Shown: positions 41,725-52,089, numbered from the stretch's first letter. The stretch is DNA of 64,000 nucleotides from an uncultured delta proteobacterium (GCA_963727625.1 CAVSHR010000005.1:864001-928000); one strand, 5' to 3'. The notes: generated by a model from the sequence alone, not told the origin. A program made the numbers and translations.

Positions 41725-42783
41725 CTATTCTTCCACCACCGATATATCCGACTTCACGCCCTTGCGCTTCAACTCTTCCAAAAACATCCGATGAATCTCC
41801 GGCGGTTCCTCCTCGAAGGGGATCATCTCGTGCAGCTTGGTGCGAAAACGGTCCTGGCTGAATTTCGGACTGCGCCCGCGCATGGCGAAGTGGCGCAAAA
41901 CGCCGTGGCCGGTGTTGAAGTGCCCGTGGTACATCAAATCGCCCGGCGAATAGATCGAACCCGATTTGATCTCGAAGCGCGTGCGCTCTTCGCCCTCGCG
42001 CCAGACCATGGCAAAGCCTTCGCCTTTGGTGACGCACACGATGGCGCCCGGGCCGTGACGGTGAAAAGTGCTGCGGCTCCCCGCGGGGAACTCCTGGACG
42101 TGGCAGCCGTAGGTCGTTCCGGCGATGCCGAAGCGCATGATCTTCACGCCCTTGCCTTTCATCGGATAATCGTCGAGTGGAAATTCGTTGACGTCGGGAA
42201 CGAGATTGGACTCCCACGAGCGTGTCGTGAGTTTTTTGTTCTCGTTAAAAAACTCCCGGTCGGGACGGAAGCGGTCGCGAAACTGAAACGGATTGCGGAA
42301 AATAAAGTCTTCGTTATGAAATAAATTGATCACGTGCGGCGCGTTGGTGCCGGCGAGAAAGCGCACCGGCTCATTGGACGCGTTGAAGTGCTGGTACGAA
42401 ACATTGAGCGGAATCGCGAAAAGCGCCCCCGCGCTCCATTCGAAGGTCTGCTTGGCATCCCCTTCGAACCACACCGTGGTCGCACCGCGCCCTTTGTGAA
42501 TGTAAATGAGCGTTTCGAACATGTGGTGCTGCGGCTCGGTCTGCTTACCGGCGGGAATCTCACAAATATAAGCGTCGTGCTCCTGCTGCTCGCCCATGTT
42601 GAGATAAGACCCGAGCGCGCCCATGCGCGCCCAGGGCCTCACTTCGACGTCCATCAGATCTTCGATGAAGAAGCCCGTAACGGAAGGAATGCCTTCTTTC
42701 GCTTGAAACGCTTCGTACGGTGTCGGACCCAACTGAATCGGATCCCGATGCGGCAATCTCACGGCTTTAACTCTCCTCGTCAC
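41725..42783 (-). CDS. Bicupin protein
   Basis: QHHMFE...YQHFN and FHRHGPG...YHGHFN motifs. Confidence 0.87.
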   Translation of the reverse strand: MTRRVKAVRLPHRDPIQLGPTPYEAFQAKEGIPSVTGFFIEDLMDVEVRPWARMGALGSYLNMGEQQEHDAYICEIPAGKQTEPQHHMFETLIYIHKGRGATTVWFEGDAKQTFEWSAGALFAIPLNVSYQHFNASNEPVRFLAGTNAPHVINLFHNEDFIFRNPFQFRDRFRPDREFFNENKKLTTRSWESNLVPDVNEFPLDDYPMKGKGVKIMRFGIAGTTYGCHVQEFPAGSRSTFHRHGPGAIVCVTKGEGFAMVWREGEERTRFEIKSGSIYSPGDLMYHGHFNTGHGVLRHFAMRGRSPKFSQDRFRTKLHEMIPFEEEPPEIHRMFLEELKRKGVKSDISVVEE

Positions 42784-42997
42784 GTCAAATGATCTGCTTT
42801 AAGCTGGGCAACAGCGAATCTATTCTTGAGAGAATAAAACTGCAAGACGAGTTTAGTTAAGGCATCAACGAATATTCAGCGCTTCTAACGATGGTTCCAG
42901 GCTTCCTACCGCGCCATTTTTTCTCTATCAGAGGATGGGTTCGCCACTGAAGCTATCGAGTAAGATTTCAATGTCCCCGGGCGGGGAAAATCGCGAT

Positions 42998-43396
42998 TCA
43001 ACTTGCCGGAAAGTAATCAACCATGATCTGCGGCACTTTCCGATAATGCTCGTCCGTGGACACGACGCGCAAGCCGTATTCCATTGCGCTCGCTGCGATC
43101 CAAATATCGTTGGTCGGTATCGGCGTGCCCGCGTGCCAAAGGGAATTTAGGATGACCCCATATCTTTCGGCAGTTTCCTCGGTAACTTCAAGGACCCCAA
43201 CGCGAGGCGAGGCTAGAAATCGGTGCAGCTCGTCTTCATTCTTACGCCTTCGATTTCCTCGAATAAAACCCGCGAAGAGTTCACCGATAACCACGGAATT
43301 TAAAAAAATTTCTTCATTCGCTCTGATGGCTGCGCAAATGTCGGCGTGCCTCCGCATGAATGCTGAATATGCTGAAGTATCTAACAAGACGCGCAC
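42998..43396 (-). CDS. vapC: VapC/PIN-domain toxin
   Basis: LLDTSA, GEL, PTNDIWIAA and STDEH motifs with conserved acidic residues. Confidence 0.92.
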   Translation of the reverse strand: MRVLLDTSAYSAFMRRHADICAAIRANEEIFLNSVVIGELFAGFIRGNRRRKNEDELHRFLASPRVGVLEVTEETAERYGVILNSLWHAGTPIPTNDIWIAASAMEYGLRVVSTDEHYRKVPQIMVDYFPAS

Positions 43397-43399
43397 TAT

Positions 43400-43663
43400 C
43401 TATTTCCACAATTCGGGATCGATGGATCGTTGAGCGGTTAAAGCCTTATCGAACGCGGCAGCCTCTTTTTTCGTCCATGACCCAGCCAGAGCATCGAGAT
43501 CATCGTGCCCCTTTGTTCTAACCCGCTTCTTTTTGTGGCCCTCGGCCTTACGCTCCAACAAGCTGATCACCGCTTTGTTAATGCTCGTGCGTTGGCGGTC
43601 CGCTTCTTTGCGCACGACCTTTTCAATCTCCGGGGGCAAGTTTCTTAATGTGATCGCCTTCAT
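43400..43663 (-). CDS. FitA-like ribbon-helix-helix antitoxin
   Basis: MKAITLRNLP...SINKAVI; 3 bp upstream of vapC. Confidence 0.8.
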   Translation of the reverse strand: MKAITLRNLPPEIEKVVRKEADRQRTSINKAVISLLERKAEGHKKKRVRTKGHDDLDALAGSWTKKEAAAFDKALTAQRSIDPELWK

Positions 43664-43862
43664 ATTCACCTCGCCATAGTGCATCACCGGTGCGCCATAA
43701 TGATGCATCCTAGCACGATGGATTGGCCGGAGCCAAATACGACAGCCCAGGAATTGAATTTTACAAACCGATTATGCCAGCGGCCCTTGCCATCGACACG
43801 CCACTTGGGCTAAGACAGAAACGAATTCCGACGCAAAAAAATTCAAGCAAGAGGCGGGAACC

Positions 43863-44732
43863 ATGGATTATTTCGAACCTAAAACGGTCAGCGAAGCGCT
43901 TTCCGTGCTCGCCAAGCACGGCGCAGCAGCCAAGGTCATCGCCGGCGGCACCGACGTGATGGTCGATGTCAAATTCAAGGAAGAGCCGGGCGGCCTGGTG
44001 AACATCAAAAAAATCCCCGGCCTGAGCGGCATCAAAGAAAACGGCAACGGCCTGCGCATCGGCGCCCTCACAACGATCCGTGATGTTGAAAGCAACGCTC
44101 TGGTACGCGACAAACTGCCGGTGCTCTGGGAAGCGGCCCATCAATTCGCCTCGCTGCAAGTGCGCAACACCGCAACCATCGGCGGCAACATCTGCCGGGC
44201 CTCGCCCTCGGGCGAAACTCTGGCGCCGCTGCTGGTGCTCGATGCCAAAGCGGTCCTCGCCTTCGCCGACGGCGAAAAAACCGTCCCGTTCACGTCGTTC
44301 TTTCAGGGGCCTGGCAAGAGTAGCGCGGGCGCCAATGGCTTGCTGACCGAAATCGACATCCCCTATCCCGCGGCCGGCAGCAAGGGCGTGTATCTGAAAC
44401 ACGCCGTGCGCGGCGCCATGGACATCGCCATGGTCGGCGTCGCCGTCTTGCTGACGCCGGATGCAGGAAAAAATAACATCCAAGAGGCGCGCATCGGCCT
44501 GGGCGCGGTAGCGCCGACGCCGATTCGGGCGCCGAAAACCGAAGCGTTATTGCGCGGCAAGCCACTGACGGCGGCGCTCTTGAAAGAAGCGGCATCATTG
44601 GCCGCGACCGAAGCCGCACCCATCAGCGATCAGCGCAGCAGCGCCGAGAATCGCCGCTGGATTGTCGAAGCGTTGACCCGCCGCGGATTGCAACAAACCT
44701 GGAAAGCCGCCACCGGCAAGGAGGTAGCGTAA
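43863..44732 (+). CDS. Xanthine dehydrogenase family FAD subunit (CoxM-like)
   Basis: IAGGTD and RNTATIGGN motifs. Confidence 0.93.
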   Translation: MDYFEPKTVSEALSVLAKHGAAAKVIAGGTDVMVDVKFKEEPGGLVNIKKIPGLSGIKENGNGLRIGALTTIRDVESNALVRDKLPVLWEAAHQFASLQVRNTATIGGNICRASPSGETLAPLLVLDAKAVLAFADGEKTVPFTSFFQGPGKSSAGANGLLTEIDIPYPAAGSKGVYLKHAVRGAMDIAMVGVAVLLTPDAGKNNIQEARIGLGAVAPTPIRAPKTEALLRGKPLTAALLKEAASLAATEAAPISDQRSSAENRRWIVEALTRRGLQQTWKAATGKEVA

Positions 44733-45208
44733 TGAGCATTACGATCAATACGAAAATCAATGGCCAGTCGGTCAGCGCCAGCGCGGAACCGTCGACCTCG
44801 CTGTTGGAATTTCTCCGCGACACCTTGGAAATGAAAGGCAGCAAACTTTGCTGCAACACCGGCGAGTGCGGCGCCTGCACGGTGATTTACAACGGCAAAC
44901 CGATCAACTCTTGCGTCACCATGGCCGCTGACGCCAACGGTGCCGAGATCACGACCATCGAAGGTCTTGCCGACGGCGATAAATTGCATCCCGTGCAGCA
45001 GGCGTTCATCGACACCGGCGCGGTGCAGTGCGGTTACTGCACGCCGGGCTACATCATGTCGGTCAAAGCGCTGCTCGACCGCACCACCAAACCGACGGCC
45101 GAAGACATCGAGGAAGCGGTCTCCGGTAATATCTGCCGCTGCACCGGGTACAATAAGATCGTCGACGCGATCCATCTCGCCGCCGACCGCATCGCAGGGA
45201 GGGCTTAA
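44732..45208 (+). CDS. Xanthine dehydrogenase family 2Fe-2S subunit (CoxS-like)
   Basis: CNTGECGAC, QCGYCTPG and CRC motifs; TAATG overlap with the previous gene. Confidence 0.95.
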   Translation: MSITINTKINGQSVSASAEPSTSLLEFLRDTLEMKGSKLCCNTGECGACTVIYNGKPINSCVTMAADANGAEITTIEGLADGDKLHPVQQAFIDTGAVQCGYCTPGYIMSVKALLDRTTKPTAEDIEEAVSGNICRCTGYNKIVDAIHLAADRIAGRA

Positions 45209-45211
45209 GTC

Positions 45212-47521
45212 ATGGCCAAAGCTGAATTTAAAGTCGTCGGCACCAGCCCGAATCGAATGGGCGGCGTCGATCGCGTTGTCGGCAAAGGCGTTTATGGCAT
45301 CGATCTGATGCTCAAAGACCAACTGCACGGCGCCATTCTGCGCAGCCAATACGCCCACGCCAAGATCGTCAGCATCGACACCGGCGCAGCCAAAGCAATG
45401 CCGGGCGTGCACGCCGTCGTAACCGCCGCGGATGCGCCGAACGTGCGTTACGGCCGTAGTTATATCGACCGTTACATTCTGGCGCGTGACAAAGTGCGTT
45501 TCATGGGCGACCCGGTCGCCGCCGTCGCCGCCGATACTCCGGCGATCGCCAAGCAAGCGCTGAAGAAAATCAAAGTCGTCTACGAGCCGCTGCCGGTGGT
45601 CATCGACCCGGAAGAAGCGATGAAGCCGGAGGCGCCGACGCTGCACGAAGACATGCCGCTGCCGAAAAACTTGCCCGAAGGCGTCAAAGTCAAAAACGTC
45701 TGCGGCTTCGCCGCGGTTCGTGTCGGCGATGCCGAGAAAGCGATGGCCGAAGCCGATGTTGTGGTCGAAGAAGTTTATGAAACCAAGATGATCCATCCGC
45801 AGTATCTCGAGCCGCGCATGGCCGCTGCCCAGGTGGAACCGAACGGCCGGCTCACCGTCTGGGCCAACGCCCAAGCACCCTTTCCGGTGCGTCAAGAGGT
45901 CGCCAAAATGCTCGGCCTGCACCTCAATAACGTGCGGGTGATTGCCGCCGAGTTGGGCGGCGGCTTTGGCGGCAAGGGCAGCGGCATCACCTCGGGCGCG
46001 GCCGTCGAGCCGATCTGCGGGCTGTTGGCGATGAAGGCCAAGCGGCCGGTGATGATCGTTCTCGACAAGGCCGAAGAAACCATCTCGACGACGATTCGCG
46101 CCGGCGCCAAGATGTACATCAAGACCGGCGTGAAAAAAGACGGCACCATCGTCGCTCGCACCGGCAAGGTGATTTACGACGCTGGCGGTTATTCCGGCTT
46201 CGGCGTCCAGGCCGGCGGGCGTTGCACCAACATGCTCGGCGGCTGGTACTTGATGCCCAATTGCCATATCGACGGCTATACCGTTTACACCAACAAGCAG
46301 GTCTGCGGCCCGGTGCGCGGCCCCGGCGGCCCGCAGGCGGCGTTCGCCGTCGAGTCGCACATGGACTCCATCGCGGCCAAGCTCGGCATGGACCCCGTCG
46401 AGTTTCGTTTGAAGAATACGCCCAAAGCCGGCGACAGAATCGTCGGCGTGCCCAAGCTGCGCGATGTGTCGCTCGGCGAGGCGATCAAAACCGCCGCGGA
46501 GAAAATCGGATTCAAACAGGTAGGGGCGCAATTTATTGCGCCCACTCTCGGTAAGAACCAGGGCATCGGCCTCGCCACCGGCTCATGGATCGAAAGCGCC
46601 GGGCCCGGCGGCGGCGCCATCGTGAAAGTCAACGAGGACGGCTCGGTGACGGTGCACATCGGCAAGATCGACATGGGCACTATCCCCGGGTTCGGTATTC
46701 CAATGATTGTCGCCGAAGAGCTCGGCATTCCAGTGAGCGATGTCACCGTGGTCAATGTCGACACCGACGCCAGCCCGTGGGACGCAGGCACGGTCGGCAG
46801 CCGGGGCATCCTGGTTTCCGGCACCGCATCCCGGCTCGCAGCCATCGACGCGCGCAACCAGTTGTTTAAAATGGCCGCCAGCCGGCTCGAAGCGAGCCCG
46901 GAGGATTTGGAGATCGTCGACAGACAGATCCAGGTGAAAGGCACGCCGGCAAAGTCGGTGCCGCTGGCGACTATCGCGACGGCTGCGCATAACATCATCG
47001 GCGAAGTGATCGGCCGCGGCTACTGCGACAACCTGGAACTGATGGCCCAAGAAAAAGCCCACGGCAGCTCGCAGCCGTTTACCGCGCACGCCTGCATCGT
47101 CGAAGTGAGCCCTGACACCGGCAACGTGAAGATTCTGAAATACGTCGCCGTGCACGACATCGGCCAGCCGATCCACAGAGCCGCCGTCGAAGGCCAGATC
47201 GAAGGCGCCACCGCGATGAGCATCGGCCAGGCGCTCTGCGAACAAGTCGTCTTCGACAAGGACGGCCGAACCATGAACCCAAGCTTTGTCGATTATTTGA
47301 TGCCGACTATCAACATGATGCCGCGCATCGAGACGACGCTCGTCTCCGGCTACCCCGGCGCCGGCCCCTACGGCGCCAAAGGCGCCGGCGAAATCGCCTG
47401 CGTCCCGCCCATGGCCTGCATCGCCAACGCGATCTTCAACGCCACCGGCGTGCGCATCAACAAACTGCCATTGAGCCCGGAGAACGTGCTGCGAGGATTG
47501 AAGGAGGCGGGGAAGGCGTAA
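45212..47521 (+). CDS. Xanthine dehydrogenase family molybdopterin subunit
   Basis: GGGFGGK, VRGPGGPQ, GQIEG and GAKGAGE motifs; no CODH AYxCSFR motif. Confidence 0.94.
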   Translation: MAKAEFKVVGTSPNRMGGVDRVVGKGVYGIDLMLKDQLHGAILRSQYAHAKIVSIDTGAAKAMPGVHAVVTAADAPNVRYGRSYIDRYILARDKVRFMGDPVAAVAADTPAIAKQALKKIKVVYEPLPVVIDPEEAMKPEAPTLHEDMPLPKNLPEGVKVKNVCGFAAVRVGDAEKAMAEADVVVEEVYETKMIHPQYLEPRMAAAQVEPNGRLTVWANAQAPFPVRQEVAKMLGLHLNNVRVIAAELGGGFGGKGSGITSGAAVEPICGLLAMKAKRPVMIVLDKAEETISTTIRAGAKMYIKTGVKKDGTIVARTGKVIYDAGGYSGFGVQAGGRCTNMLGGWYLMPNCHIDGYTVYTNKQVCGPVRGPGGPQAAFAVESHMDSIAAKLGMDPVEFRLKNTPKAGDRIVGVPKLRDVSLGEAIKTAAEKIGFKQVGAQFIAPTLGKNQGIGLATGSWIESAGPGGGAIVKVNEDGSVTVHIGKIDMGTIPGFGIPMIVAEELGIPVSDVTVVNVDTDASPWDAGTVGSRGILVSGTASRLAAIDARNQLFKMAASRLEASPEDLEIVDRQIQVKGTPAKSVPLATIATAAHNIIGEVIGRGYCDNLELMAQEKAHGSSQPFTAHACIVEVSPDTGNVKILKYVAVHDIGQPIHRAAVEGQIEGATAMSIGQALCEQVVFDKDGRTMNPSFVDYLMPTINMMPRIETTLVSGYPGAGPYGAKGAGEIACVPPMACIANAIFNATGVRINKLPLSPENVLRGLKEAGKA
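46520..46545 (+). repeat. GTAG-type REP-like palindrome inside the CDS
   Basis: GTAG followed by GGGCGCAAT-TT-ATTGCGCCC; translated in frame as VGAQFIAPT. Confidence 0.75.
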
Positions 47522-47549
47522 CAACAGTTTAAAAAAGATGTTCGTAAGT

Positions 47550-47576
47550 TAGGGGCGGGTTTCAAACCTGCCCCTA
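47550..47576. repeat. REP-like palindrome, possibly also a terminator
   Basis: TAGGGGCGGGTTT-C-AAACCTGCCCCTA just after the operon. Confidence 0.75.
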
Positions 47577-47620
47577 TTTATTTTCGAATCTCGTCGCGAC
47601 AGTGCCGGAGCCATCGCATC

Positions 47621-47881
47621 ATGCCTACAATTAGCGTATTCTTCGGTATAATCATTCGCATGTTTTACCGCGATCATAATCCACCTCATTTTCATGCAGA
47701 GTATCAGGGACAAAATGCTACGTTTGATTTCGATGGCAAGCTCCTCGAAGGTGAAATTGATTCCCGAACCGCCAAATCACTTATCAGAAAATGGGCAAGG
47801 CTACACAAATCTGAGCTCAACGAAAATTGGCAGAAAATGCGTCAGAGGAAAGAATTCACGAGAATTGAACCTTTGAAATAG
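47621..47881 (+). CDS. DUF4160 protein (putative TA component)
   Basis: MPTISVFFGI...DHNPPHFHA motif. Confidence 0.88.
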   Translation: MPTISVFFGIIIRMFYRDHNPPHFHAEYQGQNATFDFDGKLLEGEIDSRTAKSLIRKWARLHKSELNENWQKMRQRKEFTRIEPLK

Positions 47882-47889
47882 GAGTTGCA

Positions 47890-48159
47890 ATGCTGCCTTC
47901 AGTTACAAGGGCTAAGTACGTTAGAGACTTTCTGATCGAGGTTAAGTTTAACGACGGCACGAAAAAAGTGATTGATTTTGCACCCTGGCTCACGGGTCCA
48001 ATTTTCAGACCTTTAAAGAGTAAAGACTATTTCAAGAAATTCTTCGTTGACGGCCCTACCATCGCCTGGCCGAACGGGGCCGACATCGCGCCGGAAACTC
48101 TTTATGAAGCGGAGGCCGTAAAAAGAGCCAGTGAATCAAAACTCCGACATGCGGGTTAG
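47890..48159 (+). CDS. DUF2442 protein (putative TA partner)
   Basis: FNDG...TIAWPNGADIAPETLY motif. Confidence 0.88.
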   Translation: MLPSVTRAKYVRDFLIEVKFNDGTKKVIDFAPWLTGPIFRPLKSKDYFKKFFVDGPTIAWPNGADIAPETLYEAEAVKRASESKLRHAG

Positions 48160-48326
48160 GCGAAAACACGCATCTATTCAGTAATCCGGACCCTGGGAGA
48201 GTTCCCCCAAAACGGTCCCCATTCCGTTACCGGAACTCGGAATTGATCAACCTGATCAGCTACATCCCCGCGGCTCCTTATAACGGTACTTCAAGCGGGG
48301 GCGCTGTGGTTGGGAATAGCGCGGAC

Positions 48327-49418
48327 TCACACGCTGAACTGTGCGATCAGTTCGTCTTCCGGGTCCGCGCCGAGACCCGGGCCTTGCGGAACTTCGACGC
48401 CGCCGTTGACGATAGGCACAGTCCTCGCGAACGGAGTCGCGCCGAACTCGGCGAACATCCGCTCGAGCGGACAATCTTTCTCCTTCGCCGCCATGCAGTG
48501 CAACACCGCGAGAAAGGCCGGTCCGATATAAAAGGCGTTGGGCACGCAGACGGCGCCTGCTTCCTCGACCTCGGCGGCCACTTTTGCCATGGCGGTGATG
48601 CCGAGTTTCACCATGGCGGGCTGAATAAAATCTGCCTTGCCGAGGGTGACCATCCTGCGAAAATCGCGCAGGCTGGTGGCATTCTCGCCGATCCCCACGG
48701 GTACGCCGGTCATCGCGCGCAGCTTGGCGAGCGCCTCGAAGTCCTCGGGAGGATAGATCGGCTCCTCGACCCAATATGGCTTGTACGGCGCCATCGCCGC
48801 CACCGCCGCCTCGGCTTCGGCCGGTGTCCAAGCGCAGTTTGTATCCACCATCAAAGGAATGTCCGGGCCCAAAACATCGCGCGCTGCGCCGACCGCCGCG
48901 GGCGTGCGCTCATGCAGCTTAACGTAACGATAGCCGCGTTCGAGAGCGCGGGCGGTGTTGCGCTTGATGTATTCAGGGTTGCCGGAATATTGCAGCAACG
49001 AAGCATAGCATTCGACGCGAGTTCGCCTGGCGCCGCCCAAAAGCTTCGATACCGGAACACCGGCAAGCTTCCCGCGAATGTCCCAGAGCGCGATGTCGAG
49101 TCCCGCGAGCGCGTGGGCCAGCGGACCCGAGCGACTCAATGAGAGCAGCATGCGTTCGATGCGCGGGATAAGTGCCTCGTCCGAGACGCTTTGTCCAACG
49201 GCGAGTCGCCTGACCCAGTTCTCGAACGCGGCGACGACCATGGGACGGGCCGTGCCGAACGACTCACCCCAGCCGACCACCCCGCTGCTGGTCGTCACGC
49301 GCACATAAAGGCTTTCCACATGCGTGCGCGGCGCTCCTTGAGACATCGGCGGCGGTGCCCAGATGTCCAACGGAATGCGCAGGGTGATCGTGTCGATCGC
49401 TGAGATGGTTTGGTCCAT
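48327..49418 (-). CDS. Mandelate racemase/muconate lactonising enzyme family protein
   Basis: GWGE, DIALWDIRGK, MVD, WVEEP, GEN and PGLG motifs. Confidence 0.92.
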   Translation of the reverse strand: MDQTISAIDTITLRIPLDIWAPPPMSQGAPRTHVESLYVRVTTSSGVVGWGESFGTARPMVVAAFENWVRRLAVGQSVSDEALIPRIERMLLSLSRSGPLAHALAGLDIALWDIRGKLAGVPVSKLLGGARRTRVECYASLLQYSGNPEYIKRNTARALERGYRYVKLHERTPAAVGAARDVLGPDIPLMVDTNCAWTPAEAEAAVAAMAPYKPYWVEEPIYPPEDFEALAKLRAMTGVPVGIGENATSLRDFRRMVTLGKADFIQPAMVKLGITAMAKVAAEVEEAGAVCVPNAFYIGPAFLAVLHCMAAKEKDCPLERMFAEFGATPFARTVPIVNGGVEVPQGPGLGADPEDELIAQFSV

Positions 49419-49534
49419 GTTCCTGTCATTCAGAGCAGGAATTCCTGAAAATGTCGAGCCGCATCACACCCCGGCAGCGCGGAATTGACACCCTGGAGAC
49501 CGGCGTAATATACCCGGCTAAGGAGGTAACGCCC

Positions 49535-51012
49535 ATGTCAGCAAACGGTTCCAAGTCGGCAAAAGTCCGCGCCCAAGCTGAATCACCCGATCATCGACAC
49601 CGACGGCCACACCGTCGAATTCATGCCGGTGTTTTTCGACTACATCAAGGAAGTCGGCGGCGCGGGCATGATCGAGCGCTACAAGAAAGCCGTCGCCAGC
49701 CGCTCTAACAACCGCTGGATGGAGCTATCCGAGGAAGAGCGGCACTACACGCGCGCGACCTGCCCGCCCTGGTGGGCGCGGCCGGCGAAAAATACGCTGG
49801 ATCGAGCGACCGCATCGCTGCCGCACCTGCTGTACCAGCGCATGGACGAGCTTGGGCCTGGATTTCGCGGTGCTCTACCCCACCTTCGGCTTGACCGAAC
49901 CGCCGCGCATCGACGAGGAAGAAGTGCGCCGCGCCGCCTGCCGCGCGCTCAACACCTTTCATATGGATATTTACGGTCCCTATGCCGACCGCATGACGCC
50001 CGTCGCCGTCATCCCCGTCCACACGCCGCAGGAAGCCATAGATGAATTGGAGTACGCGGTCAAAAGCCAGGGCTTCAAAGCAGCGGTGATTTCCCACGTG
50101 CAGCGGCCCGTGCCGAAAATATTGAAGGAACATCCCGAGGCGGCCGGTCAAACGACTTTCATCGATCTGCTGGCGTTGGACAGCGAATACGACTACGACC
50201 CGTTCTGGGCCAAGTGCGTCGAGCTGAAAGTCGCCGTGACATCCCACGCCACCGGACAAGGCTGGGGCAGCCGCCGTTCGGTCTCCAACTACATGTTCAA
50301 TCACATCGGCCACTTCGGCGCCGCGGGCGAGGCTTTCTGTAAAGCGTTATTCTTCGGCGGCGTCACGCGCCGCTTCCCCGATTTGCATTTCGCTTTCCTC
50401 GAGGGCGGCGTGCATTGGGCCTGCGGGGTTTTCTCCGACATCGTCGGCCATTGGAAGAAGCGCAACGCCAAAGCGATCCACAATCTCGACCCGCAGAGTC
50501 TGGACGGCGCACTCATGCGCAAACTCATCGACGAGCACGGCACTGGCAGAATGAAGGGCAAAGCCGATGAAATCGTCAAGTGGGTCACCCAGCCGCAGCG
50601 CCGTCCGAAAAATCTCGATGACTGGGCCGCCTGCCGCGCCGAGAAGCTGGAAGATTTGCGCGATCTCTTCATTCCGAATTTCTATTACGGCTGCGAGGCC
50701 GACGATCCCATGGTCGCGTGGGCGTTTAATTCAAAAGTGAATCCCATGGGCGTGAAGTTCAAAGCGATGATGAGCTCGGATATCGGACACTGGGACGTGA
50801 CCGACATGAACGAGGTGGTCGAGGAGGCTCACGAATTGGTCGACGACGGTTTGATCACCGAAGAAGATTTTCACGACTATACTTTTGCCAATGCGGCTAC
50901 GCTCTACGCCGGCATGAATCCCGATTTTTTCAAAGGCACGGTCTGCGAGGCCGCCGTGGCGAAATTGCTACAGAGCGCCTCGCTGGATGCAAAGGAGGCG
51001 GTTTTGGTATGA
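49535..51012 (+). pseudogene. Amidohydrolase_2 family protein with two apparent +1 frameshifts (~49572 and ~49853)
   Basis: IIDTDGH, LYPT, FLEGG, CEADD and SSDIGHWD motifs are spread over three frames; both shifts fall in short homopolymers. Confidence 0.85.
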
Positions 51013-51110
51013 CAGCGAAACGATTCACCGCCATCCTGCTTTTCCTCTTCGGCGTCATGGCTCCATTCGCCCATACGCAAAAACCCCGGAAGACTTGCTC
51101 GAAGAGACCG

Positions 51111-51133
51111 GAAAAGGGGACACGAGCCTTTTT
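51111..51133 (+). repeat. GAAAAGGGGAC-N6-CTTT REP-like motif
   Basis: Similar copies at 51664 (+), 52059-52080 (-) and 58915 (+), plus a half copy at 53571-53581 (-). Confidence 0.75.
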
Positions 51134-51244
51134 ATGTTTTCGAATCATGGTGATTCATTTCAAAACACAGTCAGCGGGATCTAAACATAAAATATTCCAT
51201 TTAACGACCTTCGATAAGGCAGCATGAACATAAAAGGGCAAACC

Positions 51245-51637
51245 ATGAAGCTTAAACATATATTATTGTCGTTCTTATTGACTGGATGCGCGGTGGGCGC
51301 AATAGACAGGATTCAGAGAGCTTCACAGATTCCTCCTCGTCAATTGACTGTTAATGAGCAACAGATTATTGAAGAGGCTGTTAGTAGATCTCTGATCGAT
51401 CCGTACTCTGCTGCATTCGGACATATGCCACTCCGATCAAAGGAAGGGTATTGTGGAGTCGTCAATGCCAAGAATCGCATGGGAGGGTACGCAGGAAAGG
51501 CATTCTTTCTAGTTAAACCAGTCTGGAATGAAGACGTAATGCGTGGTGCTGTTCTGATAGGTATTGATCGAGGTGGCGACGCTGGTGCCATTGGAATTAT
51601 GTGCGTCAAGATGGGATTACTTCCAGAGGGTAAATGA
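51245..51637 (+). CDS. Hypothetical lipoprotein
   Basis: Lipobox LTGC; DPYSA...YCGVVNAKNRMGGY motif; AT-richer than the flanking genes. Confidence 0.72.
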   Translation: MKLKHILLSFLLTGCAVGAIDRIQRASQIPPRQLTVNEQQIIEEAVSRSLIDPYSAAFGHMPLRSKEGYCGVVNAKNRMGGYAGKAFFLVKPVWNEDVMRGAVLIGIDRGGDAGAIGIMCVKMGLLPEGK

Positions 51638-51663
51638 TTTCGGCGGCTCGTTCGGGGGAAAAG

Positions 51664-52080
51664 GAAAAGGGGACTCGAACCTTTTCACATTTGCCTATCT
51701 GTTAATCTCGCGACCTTTCTAGGACGACCGCGAGGCTGAAGTGTGTATCTCAGTCCGAGCGCAACCGCGATCCGAGTCGTCCAATTTTCCGAACCAAAGG
51801 GCGTACCGCGGTTTACGCATCTCCGCAGCGCTTCGGCCTCGGCATCAGTTTGAACTTCGTTCACCCAACCGACCCAAACTTCCGGCCTGTCGCCGCGACC
51901 AGGGTCCGTTTCAAACGCAACATAGTCTTCCCGTTTGGAAAACAGTTCGTTTCGGCCATTCGCCCGATTCAGCGGGTGATAAACCACGCCACCCAGAGCC
52001 ATACGCGCTCGCCGAGGCATGCGCCACGCTCTAATCAAAGGCATCAATTTCGTCAAGGAAAGGTTCGCGTCCCCTTTTTC
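51664..52080 (-). mobile_element. Internally deleted RAYT (Y1/HUH) transposase remnant flanked by inverted REP-like motifs
   Basis: ORF from 52020: MPRRAR...YHPLNRANGR...DYVAF joined to ...RGTPFGS...PRGRPRK; the HUH core is missing. Confidence 0.8.
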
Positions 52081-52089
52081 TTCCCCTTT

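Noticed and set aside
43863-47521. Aerobic CO dehydrogenase or 4-hydroxybenzoyl-CoA reductase
   Set aside because: The active-site loop is VRGPGG rather than AYxCSFR/AYRGAGR, and the FAD subunit lacks the 4Fe-4S insertion.
2225-49860. Programmed frameshifting in the split genes (~2233, ~5633, ~7300, ~49572, ~49853)
   Set aside because: Most are single-base indels in short homopolymers without slippery heptamers. Sequencing error or ordinary decay is more likely; reads are needed to decide.
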